The translations under genes were made by a program, and so were the position numbers. A DNA stretch of 64,000 bases from Podarcis muralis. Lineage: Eukaryota. Below, piece by piece: positions 1 to 9,765 of this stretch. A model generated the notes under the pieces. It did not search any database. It was not told the origin of the DNA and was given only the letters and a program-made list of their open reading frames with translations. Position 1 is the first letter of the stretch; each line of letters begins with the position of its first letter. The stretch spans positions 32,612,001-32,676,000 of the forward strand of contig NC_135665.1 in the NCBI RefSeq assembly GCF_964188315.1, given 5' to 3'.

Positions 1-635
1 CAGTTGCATTGTAATCCTCCTCGAATTGAGAAATCAGTTACAAATCATGGCAATAAATAGCAGTTTCTTGCTACATGAGGTTCTAGAGTTATCAGAAAAC
101 CCTATGGAGCTGGCTGAAACACAGATTTTCCTGACAAATGATTTTAAAATATTCTTCTCTGAATGCATTTATTTTTATTTTATTTCTTTATTTTGACAAG
201 AGAAAACTCTCTTTAAATCCAGCAGGGAAAGAAGTCACCAAAGAATTGCATCCGATCACATTTCGCTTACAATGTTGAGAGTGGTACCCTTCCTCATCTA
301 AAAGAAACACAAATGTTGGAGAACATTTTTTACGCCAAGTAGCGGTTAATGGTACTTCAGTGGATTTCACATAAATGCATAGACACTTGTTGGCAGACAC
401 GGCAGAAAAATGATCTTATGTATCCATGCAGAATTTCTGAGTGCATACAATATATCCCTCCCCACCACCCTGACTATATATTTGGTTCAGCTAAGTTAAA
501 CAAGTTAAGACTATTACACCAAATCACAGTTCAGAATCTCTGGTGCAGTTGTGTGTTTCTGCAGAAGTTGATTTGCATGTGTCCCTCCTGCCATGGCTTT
601 GCTAATGTTGCTGTGCATAAAGTTTAAAGCTAAAA

Positions 636-709
636 TGTGTGGTGTGGTGTGGTGTGGTGTGGTGTAGTGTGGTGTGGTGTGGTGTGTGTGGTGTGGTGTG
701 TGTGTGTGT
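636..709. repeat. (GTGTG)n/(GT)n microsatellite running into an assembly gap
   Basis: Directly visible gtgtg pentamer array that decays to GT dinucleotides just before the N-run. Confidence 0.95.
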
Positions 710-714
710 AGATA

Positions 715-1041
715 NNNNNNNNNNNNNNNNNNNNNNNNNNNNNNNNNNNNNNNNNNNNNNNNNNNNNNNNNNNNNNNNNNNNNNNNNNNNNNNNNNNNNN
801 NNNNNNNNNNNNNNNNNNNNNNNNNNNNNNNNNNNNNNNNNNNNNNNNNNNNNNNNNNNNNNNNNNNNNNNNNNNNNNNNNNNNNNNNNNNNNNNNNNNN
901 NNNNNNNNNNNNNNNNNNNNNNNNNNNNNNNNNNNNNNNNNNNNNNNNNNNNNNNNNNNNNNNNNNNNNNNNNNNNNNNNNNNNNNNNNNNNNNNNNNNN
1001 NNNNNNNNNNNNNNNNNNNNNNNNNNNNNNNNNNNNNNNNN
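715..1041. other. Assembly gap (N run)
   Basis: 327 N. Confidence 1.
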
Positions 1042-1411
1042 AGACTTTCCCACTCCTTTCATTGAAGTGTGCAGTTCTACTTCCACAAACAAATTTCATC
1101 TCTTCTGGATAGGGTAGCTCTCTAGAACTTGGAGACTGTAGGCAAATCAGGACCAGTGTCAGGCTTTGGTGGGCCTTTGGCAGGGAGCTGCCAATGTTCT
1201 CCCAATAGTGACCTGGTCCCTGGTCCCCACCAGGGCTCCACTGCTTCTACCACAATCAGGCTCCTGCTGCCATCCACTGCTACTGCCACTTGGATCCCTG
1301 AAAGCAGTGAAGCTGCCAGTCTCTCATCCTCTCCCTGAGACATGCTCAACCAGCAGTCGTGGTGCTTTTGGAAGGGATATGAGTGGCCATTTGGCTCCAT
1401 TTGGTGCCAGC

Positions 1412-1628
1412 ATCTTGCTTGGCAGCCATCTGTCTTGGGAGACAATGGGAGAGTGCACCTTTGAAGGTGAAGTCAAACAAATGGAGAGTTACAGTGCCTG
1501 CTGTGGCTGTAGAGATATGTTTTGTTGCAACTGGGGCAGATGAAGGCCTCCAGTTGTGCTGCTGCAGATGCACCGTGACAGTTCTTCTCTCTGCACTCCT
1601 TCCTGCAGTCATTTCTCCTCTGGCCAGC
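1412..1628 (-). mobile_element. Degenerate 3' end of an RTE-clade LINE (not Bov-B), including the C-terminal zinc-finger remnant
   Basis: The minus strand translates EKNCHGASAAAQLEAFICPSCNKTYLYSHSRHCNSP, matching the F-x-C-x2-C...LYSH-x-R-x-C terminus of RTE ORFs. It is followed by ccattgtctcccaagacagatggctgccaa, similar to RTE 3' ends. Confidence 0.65.
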
Positions 1629-3107
1629 ATCTTATATTTCTACCAGCCAATGCTGGCCAGAGACACTTTTTGCCACCCAGACCAGCTGTGTCTATAGTGG
1701 CAATAGTGGACCCAGGTTTCCAGATCTTATTCAACAAACATACACATCTTTTATTTTAAGAAGTCTGTAGAAAAATAAAAGAAATTTGTAATTGGTAACA
1801 ACAACAAATACAAAAATGGGTAGCAATGCTCACTATCTGCCTGAAAAATGAATCTATGGATGTTTCAGACACTCTACTTTTTTGACTATCTTGGGGTACT
1901 GAAGTTTGCCAAGAGAATTATAAGCAGGACCTGGCAAAGAGGACTGCTTCCCTATTGTTCATGCAAATATTTATTCACACTTAGATGAAAGAGAGGTGGC
2001 TCAAGAACCCCTAATTTACTAGAGGTGATCAGGTGCCATTTCAGCTCACTTCAGCTTCTGATCTCATCTCAGAATATGTGAGTACATCAGTGGTTGAGCT
2101 GTCTTAACCAGTTCAGCCACTTTACATTGTGGAGAAAATTCTAGAAAGTCTGGAGAACATGCATAGCCACCGTGGCTGACTTAAAGGTTCCCTGTATTCT
2201 CTCTCTCTCCCCTTCTGTTAAAGCTCTGGAGAGAGCCAAAGAAATGATCAATAGGAAAGTTATTAGCCATGAGATCCTAGTACGCTACCCATAACTTTCC
2301 TTTTAGTGTTGTGTTCAGAGCAGCATTGCAAGAGGGTCTTCAGTATATGCTGAAATCATTAAACTTGAATCCCTATGGAGCATATTTGAAATTGTTGTAC
2401 TCAGATAATGGCTTTATTAATGTGGTCTCAGTAGACTTGAAAAGCAATTGTTTGACCGTGGCCTTCTTAGTCTAGCAGTAAAATAATTTACTGCTATAAT
2501 ATGGCTTCCATTAACTTGAACTAACATCATTTCCCCATGGTAACAGGGTCCCTGTGGAATTTAACTACAACTGTTTTGCCCTCTGCATGGCATGATGGGT
2601 AAATTTCTTTCAAACGACTCAGAGTATACTTGTTGTGCTTCTCTTCATATGCAACATTTGACGTATAATATTTGGAAACACAGGCTATGCAACTAGTTTG
2701 TCCAGGTTAAACTCCCCCACCCCAACCTGAAATGAAGACTGAAATCATTCTTTTAAAATAAATATTATCCAGTGTTTTGACACAGCGGTTCCAACAGCAC
2801 GTGCATGAATAATACTTGGAGATTTGAGTGTACTGGTGTTTTTTTGAAATTGATTTTTTAAGAGGTCACACTAATTCAGTAACCATATCCACCAAGCCAT
2901 ACAGCACCCATTATGCACCTGTGGTAATCCCTAAGGACAGATGGAGTGAATTGTGCAGTCAGAGCTAATAGCACACACTGTACAATATAGCAACTCCCTT
3001 CACCTCATCCTGTTTTTCTACGTTTCTGCTTGAGCTTTAAGGAAGCAATCAGAGGTACAGGAAGTTCTCAGGAGACCATTGCCCAAGCTATACCCTGTCT
3101 GACACTA

Positions 3108-3332
3108 CAGTGGTATCTTGGGTTAAGAACTTAATTCATTCTGGAGGTCTGTTCTTAACCTGAGGTACCACTTTAGCTAATGGGGCCTCCCACTGCCACT
3201 GCACCGCCAGAGCACGATTTCTGTTCTCATCCTGAAGCAAAGTTCTTAACCCAAGGTACTATTTCTGGGTTAGCGGAGTCTGTAACCTGAAGCGTCTATA
3301 ACCTGAAGCGTCTGTAACCCGAGGTACCACTG
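3108..3332 (+). mobile_element. Tc1/mariner-superfamily (Tigger/pogo-like) MITE
   Basis: TIRs cagtggtatcttgggtta...taacccgaggtaccactg, flanked by TA on both sides (3106-3107, 3333-3334). Homologous to 17341-17549 and 45316-45544. Confidence 0.9.
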
Positions 3333-4293
3333 TATACTGAAATGTAGATACAAGTGTGTGTGTGATGGAATTCTGGTCAACAATTCTAGTTCCATCATTT
3401 CCCAACTCTGAACTGAAAATTCCGGCAGCTGTTCTGAAGATCTGCTGTGTTTTCCATCAGTCCAGCTATGAATGGGCTGAATGACCGTTTTCTGCCAATC
3501 ACCTATGTTGTTATGGCATTTAAACTTTTTTTTTTTTGGCATAAGGGGGTATACTAAATCACCTTCATTCTCAGGAACACAGATGAAATTATGTCTGCTA
3601 TTCCACTTAAAAATGATAAATTCCATGATGCAACAACAAGCTAAACATGCAACAGTGAAAACATTCCCACAGTACCAGCTGATTTTATCTCTACATCCCC
3701 CCTTTTTTTCCTATGAAGAAGGAATGATGTAGCTTTTCAACAGTTCAAAACATTTGTGGGAAACCTGAACCAATGAAGCATCATATTCTTGTGTAACTTG
3801 AACAATCTGATTCATTTATTTCTTTTCACTTGTATAAATCTCACACAGAAGAATGAGGAGGAAGGCTGTGGTTAGAAGCTGATGGCCTAAGGGGTGAAAT
3901 CTTCTTTACTGCTAAGAAGATTTATGTAAATCTCCACGAAGGGAGTGGATTTCAGATCTCTGGAGAAACTTTCATGATTATAATGTGACGGGTACTTGTT
4001 TTCCACTTCATTTGAAGTGTTTCCTTGTTCAAAAAAGAGCAGAAAAATGTGTCCTCTTAGAACAGAATGTAAGAGCATTTAGCAGTTGACTGCTGTGGAA
4101 TTTCAGACAGGTTGTATGTGACATTACATTAATGAGTATTTATTTTACCATGGAGGTTTTTCTCACCAACCTTAGTTGCTTGGAGATGCCTACTAAAGTA
4201 CCACTCATGCTTTTAATTTACAGGCTAAGCCTCTCTTCCTCTGCATTTCTGCAAGTATACTGCACATTTTTAAATATAAGATACGTGTCACCC

Positions 4294-4418
4294 TCAATGA
4301 AGTTTTCCATAGTTATTTGCTGGAGCTCCTCTCTGAACTTGGCAGTGGTTGTAAGTTTGTGGACTTGCAGTGCTAAATTCAGATGAGCCTCCTTCAGCTT
4401 TTTCCTCATTCACGGTGA
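4294..4418 (-). CDS. Candidate terminal coding exon of an unidentified gene: (x)TVNEEKAEGGSSEFSTASPQTYNHCQVQRGAPANNYGKLH*
   Basis: Strong acceptor (tgtgccctttccctgaatccttcctcag|), open phase-1 frame to TGA, AATAAA downstream at ~4143-4138. No recognised homology. Confidence 0.15.
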
Positions 4419-5279
4419 CTGAGGAAGGATTCAGGGAAAGGGCACAGCAGAGGCAGCTTGATGAAGTGCTGAGGATAACCGAGGGCAGGGAGATTAAAGC
4501 AGAGGGATGATTTGTCCAGGTTTTAAGGGCAGAGCACATTAACTTGCTTAATGTGGCCATCTAAGGACACAGAGCATGCCCACTATGTGGCGTTGGCTTT
4601 TTAAGGGATCAGAACACGCTTTTGTACACAGCTCCTTATGCCACATAATCTCTAAAGAGGCCATTTTATGCCATCTGGCTTCTCTTGTTATTCTCAGTCA
4701 GCATTTCACTCTTGAAATATGTTTCCCTTTCATTTGGGATAGATCTTCTCAATACTTATTATCCACACTGAATATATCAAATCAGAACCGGAAATGGAGG
4801 TATTCTTTTACAGTCACTTTACCTATGACTGACGGCAGGCCCCATTTCAAAATGCTTTATTCCCTTCACCATAGCTGTCCAGCTACTTACACCTTAATCT
4901 TGGCTTGGCTTTTGCCAGGCTAATGGGCAGGTTGAGGGTGCAAAGATGATATGACCATAATAGGACAAATCAAGTGCTATTTTTCTAGAAACAGAGGTGT
5001 CAGAACTCACCACAAATGTCTCCCTTGTTCTCTTATAAAGCCAACGGTGCCCATCTGAGAGATTCCACAACTCAGTTATGACAAGTTCCAGCTTTGAAAA
5101 AAATCCCTAGGACCAATATTTTCAAAACAAGGGGTTGTATTCAATGTAAAATGAACTTCTGCATCCTGCCCCTAAGGAATTGAGTTGTGACTCACTGAGG
5201 TTTTCCCATTCACTTTTATTGAGATTTTCTCACACCAATGGCAACAGAATGCACTGCCACTAATATATTCATTTTTCAT

Positions 5280-5455
5280 ACACACTTTCCCCTAATGTAC
5301 ACATTATTTGACTGGAGAACTTAATTTCAAAATTCAGAGAAGTCTGCATTTTGTAGGGTAGGTGTATTTCAGTTCCAGTATTTTCCCCCAGCAGATGCAG
5401 ATCATGTAATTTCACACTAAAATGCAAACGGGACCTAATTTCTCCCCCATTCCTA
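5280..5455. mobile_element. Fragment of a MITE family with TAGGGATG/CATCCCTA-type termini
   Basis: Ends ...ctcccccattccta and shares ttcacactaaaatgc with the copy at 53909-54337. Confidence 0.5.
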
Positions 5456-5476
5456 ACCTTGAGAGCCTAACTAACC

Positions 5477-5970
5477 GAGGACCAGTGTGGTGCAGTGGTT
5501 AGAATGTCAGACTAGGACCTGGGAGACCAGGGTTCAAATTTGGTTCAAATTCCCACTCAGCCATTAACGAAACTCCCTGGGTGACCTTGGGTCAGTGACT
5601 GCCTCTCAGGCTAACCTACTATACAGGGATGTTGTGGGAATTAAGTGAGGAGGAGGAGAACCATGTTTGCCACCTTGAGCTCCTTGAGCCAGCATGGTGT
5701 AGTGGTTAAGAGCGGTGGACTCGTAATCTGGTGAACCGGGTTCGCGTCCCCGCTCCTCCACATGCAGCTGCTGAGTGACCTTGGGCCAGTCACACTTCTC
5801 TGAAGTCTCTCAGCCTCACTCACCTCAAAGAGTGTTTGTTGTGGGGGAGGAAGGGAAAGGAGATTATTAGCTGCTTTGAGACTCCTTAAGGGGAGTGAAA
5901 GGCGGGATATCAAGTCCAAAGCCTTCTTCTTCTTCTTGAAGAAAAAGGTGGGATGCAAATGAAATAAAGA
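5477..5970 (+). mobile_element. Old Ther1/MIR-derived (Squam3-like) tRNA SINE, interrupted by a younger SINE
   Basis: Pol III A box (tggtgcagtggt) and B box (ggttcaaat), core gtgaccttggg. The 3' end gaagaaaaaggtgggatgcaaatgaaataaa resumes at 5938 after the insertion. Confidence 0.8.
5686..5937 (+). mobile_element. Young Squam3 SINE (lacertid-type), full length, (TTC)n tail
   Basis: gagccagcatggtgtagtggttaagagcggtggactcgtaatctggtgaaccgggttcgc head and cttcttctt tail. Highly similar to the reverse copy at 21418-21669. Confidence 0.92.
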
Positions 5971-8526
5971 AAAGGAAAGGGGGGAAAAACACCCCTACAT
6001 GTTACATTGATGAAGGGATTGGCAATCATACTCCATTTTAAAAAAATGAAATAAATAAATAAATAAATAAATAAATACTCAGCATTGCAAATCACACACA
6101 CACAACTCTCACACATGCAGCAATTAGTATTTGCAAATAGACACCTGTTCATAGGTTTTGTTTTCTAACATTAATTACCCCAGTAGGTTTGTGTGCTGAT
6201 TTGCACCAAGACTGTGTCCGAGGAGGGGAGGCTTAAACTGACCTTCCTCTTGTGCTTGGGTGCCACTAACAACCCCCCTCCTCCACATCCAGTGTTTAGT
6301 TTTATTTTTTTAATGTGTGATGTGGTTACAAATCACATTATTAATGAAACTGTAGTCAAGCCTTTAGTCTGACTCAGCAAGACTCTTCCTATGTTTTTAT
6401 CCCTCCTTCCAAATCCAGGGAAAAACTGGCTTGTGTATGTATTTGCATGGGTGAGAATCAAATCTAAAAATCCTTTGCTTTCAGGAGGCAAAGGATCCCA
6501 TTAGGACTGACTCAAAAGTGGCAGGCTTTGGTAATCTAATGCAAATTTCCGTGACATAGCAAAATTTACCTAGTAACTTGAGAGCCTGGCTTCTGACATG
6601 GACTTCCAGAGTCTCCTTCTAATCTGTGTTGCCTCTTGAAGCGAAAAGGTCAGTCTCAATCTCTTTACCTGACCATAGGGGCAAAAGCCTGCTGAGAAGC
6701 TCTACCTGTCTTTGGTGAAGAGATGACTAAAATACAAGGCAGATGATCAGCCTAAGGTCAAAGCTTCTCTCTAAAGATCTTCTGTTTGTTCCAATACTAT
6801 GCCGGCCACAGTGATATCCCTAACTAAGAGGCGATACTGTACACTATCATGGATCAAGTGCACTAAGAATTAAACCATTAAATGATTTTAGAAGAGATGC
6901 AATGAGATCTGTCTAAATCAATTTGGATTTCTAAGTGCCATTAACCTTTGGAATGTAGGTCGAAGCCTTTGTACATGTCTGTATGCCTGACCCAGGTTAT
7001 GCTGGCTCTTTCTATATTGTGTCAGGGAAGGAAGGAAAAAAAGATTTCCCACACTTCCCACTTCACCTCTCCAAAGGGAATTGAACAATACCGTAACAAG
7101 ACTTTCTCCATGTGAAAAAAGTCAAACCCCAGGCCACATTTTCAGAGAGAGATCTGGCACATGTGAGGGGGTGGGGAGAACAGAAACCGGACCTTTTCTT
7201 TCTTGTTTGTCTCCCTGCAAATGTTTCTCCCCCCTCCCCAATATGTCTGTTTTCCAACCCAGAGATCAATCCACCCCCTGCTTTTCCTCGTTCTACTTTT
7301 GTGCTGGTATTGTCTGAATCCCAGAGTGAACAGCAATACATCATCCTGCTTCAACATCTGCTAGAGCCCTCTCTCCTCCTAATCTGCCCAGATCCCAAAA
7401 GCCTTCCCCACCTGCTATAGCACCAAATGCTCATTATAGCACACAGCGACGCCCTTCGCTGTCCTTTCTCCCAGACTTTCAAGGTTAACATTGGAACAAT
7501 GGCTATTATTAAACTGGGGTGGGGGTGGCCTTCGAGAAAGGAAAGGCAGCCTGGGTTTGAGGGAAGGGGGTGGGGAGCGCTGTGATGCCAGCAGTGCTTG
7601 TAGCTCAGATCTGCTGGAGGGCTGTGGCCGGCTTGCCAGTTGAAACGTGAGTCACCGAGCAAAGAATAGCTTCCCTGTTCTGTGGCTGATGCAGGGAGGA
7701 ACCACGCCCAGCTGTGGTCTCTGTGTCAGGGCACTGTGGGCACCGAACGCAGCAGTGTGGTGGAAACCAGGGAATCAAACTGGCCATTTTAAAGGAACTG
7801 GCTGCCCCCGGGGAAGGGGAATCATTACTTAGCGCTCTGCAGTTTTTAAGTAATTGTAAGCATCCCCCCCCCACTTGTACACTTTTAAGCATATTGGTAA
7901 CTTCTGTGCTACAGATTAGCTCATGCTGTGGACCTCATCAAGCTGCTGTCAATGGAAAATGAAAGGCAGATCAAGCTGGGCTGCAGGAGAAATCAGGAAT
8001 GAGCCAAAAAAGAAATAAAGGAGGACACAGTTTAGGGCACTGGTCATTGCAGTCTAAGCAACTTTTCATCTCAAAAAAGCCATCTACTTGAATGTGATCA
8101 AGGAGTTGATCAGCTGCGTCATAACCTGACCTAAGCCCATTTTCAGGTGTTACAGGTTAAATAAACTCACCAGGGACGTCGCCATAGCCGCTCCTGTCAC
8201 CCATAAATTATCCTCATAGTCAAACGAAAAGGCATGGCAGATACTGATCTGCTCCTTTTACCAAATGACGCCTTCTGGATGTACATGTTAAATGTAGATT
8301 TATCCACGGATTTGATTGAGAAATTGGAGGTTTGGATATTTCTTATGTGTATATCATATTTGTGCATTATAACGTTTTCTGTCGTGTCATTTTTCTAGCA
8401 GTTAAAATTGGTGAACCCAACAAATCCTTGTAATTTGATGAATACCTGAAGCCCTTTCACATCTTAAGTTGGGGAGCAAGGATCGGGTTCTCTTCCTATT
8501 TGGGGGCTATTTAAGAGCTAACTGGT

Positions 8527-8626
8527 CCAATACTAGTTTGACCAGTTTGACCAATACAAGTTTGACCAATACAAGACCAATACAAGTTTGACCAGTTTGA
8601 CCAATACAAGTTTGACCAATACAAGA
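8527..8626. repeat. Two-tier tandem repeat: 2 x 50 bp, built from tttgaccaatacaag / tttgaccag / accaatacaag subunits
   Basis: tttgaccagtttg occurs at 8537 and 8587 (period 50). Confidence 0.9.
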
Positions 8627-8965
8627 TTGACATATGGGAAGGATCCTGATGTTTTTTGGTTAAATTACTATTTGTATAGTATTGTAAAAATATGTAATTG
8701 AATATTACTTATAAGCCAGGTTGGTGGGATTTATATTATGGGGTTTAAATAATTGCAATAAATAAATTAAATGAATAAAAAAGAGAGATTAACTATCCAC
8801 CATTTTTATTTAGGTGAATAAACTCAGGTGTAGTTCTGAGGATACAAACAGAATTCTTAACAAGACTAAAGAACTCTCCAGCTTAGCACTCATCTGGCCA
8901 TCATTTTGTGCCACATTTTTAGCTCTTTTTCTGACTTGCCAAATGGCTGTTTTTTCCAGTAAAGC

Positions 8966-9030
8966 CAGTGCTTTTCTTCTGGGGGGGGGGGCATAGGGGT
9001 ACGCATACACCTAAACAGTTTGTGAATTTA
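8966..9030 (+). mobile_element. Truncated left end of a CAGTGCTTTT hAT-type MITE
   Basis: cagtgcttttcttctggg...ggggtacgcatacacctaaaca matches the first ~65 bp of the complete copy at 46268-46414. Confidence 0.7.
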
Positions 9031-9169
9031 TTCCAGCACAGTGAATCGTCAGTTCTGTTGCTACCCCTAATGGCGGCCTCATTTCCTGTCATGAAGTTTC
9101 CTGAGTCTCAGACGGAAGCGAGCGTTTAATGTGTGAAGCAGTGTGGAATGTGGATGTGTGATATTTGCG

Positions 9170-9765
9170 TGTTCAGACCCAGAAACCTCCCCCCTAAATA
9201 AATTCACACATGACTCAAATTTTGGTTTGGTTTTTGGCAGAATTTAGGCCACAACTTTATTGATTACATCAAGTGACTGGTTGCATAGGTTCTGGTTCGA
9301 CTAGCTCCCTGCCATGCAGGTAGCGCTGACCCAGGGTTCCAGCATAGGTCAGCCAAGGGTGAACACCTGGATAAGCGGAAAGCCAGGCATGGGCTAATTC
9401 CACCACCCAAATGTCCCCCTGGACTCAGGCACGGGCACAACCCCCTCTCAGGGGTTGACCAAACCATCAAGTCCCTGGATTCCTTTAATGGAATACCCTT
9501 CACATCGGGATGGCAAGAGCGTTCTCCCATCCCTATCACCTGAACCAGAGCCTATCCGCAACCTTACAAGTTGTGACAATTTGTTACGTGGCAGGCGAAA
9601 CCCAAATGGCAACAGCCAATCAGCCAAGTGGGGAAAATTCCTGTCATGCCCCTGTCCCAATGACAGATGACACACGGCGGCATAGCAAGGTCAAGTGCAA
9701 GACCTAAAAGTAGGGAGAGGTGGGCGGGTGTTCCGATGCACGTACCGAAAGAAGAAGTTCTGCAG
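9170..9765 (-). mobile_element. ERV-like solo LTR (boundaries approximate)
   Basis: GC/CpG-rich island with a minus-strand AATAAAGTTGTGGCC (9261-9247) and 3' terminus ...tctgaaca. Shares a motif with the LTR at 47631-48010. TSD not resolved. Confidence 0.65.

Noticed and set aside
514-1117. Long ORFs spanning 514-1117 and 51505-51859
   Set aside because: Artefacts of translating N runs and the adjacent microsatellite
5641-5958. 105-aa ORF and its counterpart at 21435-21719, which look like a duplicated gene
   Set aside because: Both are antisense readings of the Squam3 SINE
2224-7998. Phase-compatible plus-strand exon chain (2224-2279, 4224-4350, ~7603-7647, ~7918-8000)
   Set aside because: Several splice sites are weak, the joined peptide matches nothing I know, and it conflicts with equally good minus-strand signals
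8527-8626. CRISPR-like repeat array
   Set aside because: No unique spacers, the units are contiguous, and the context is eukaryotic
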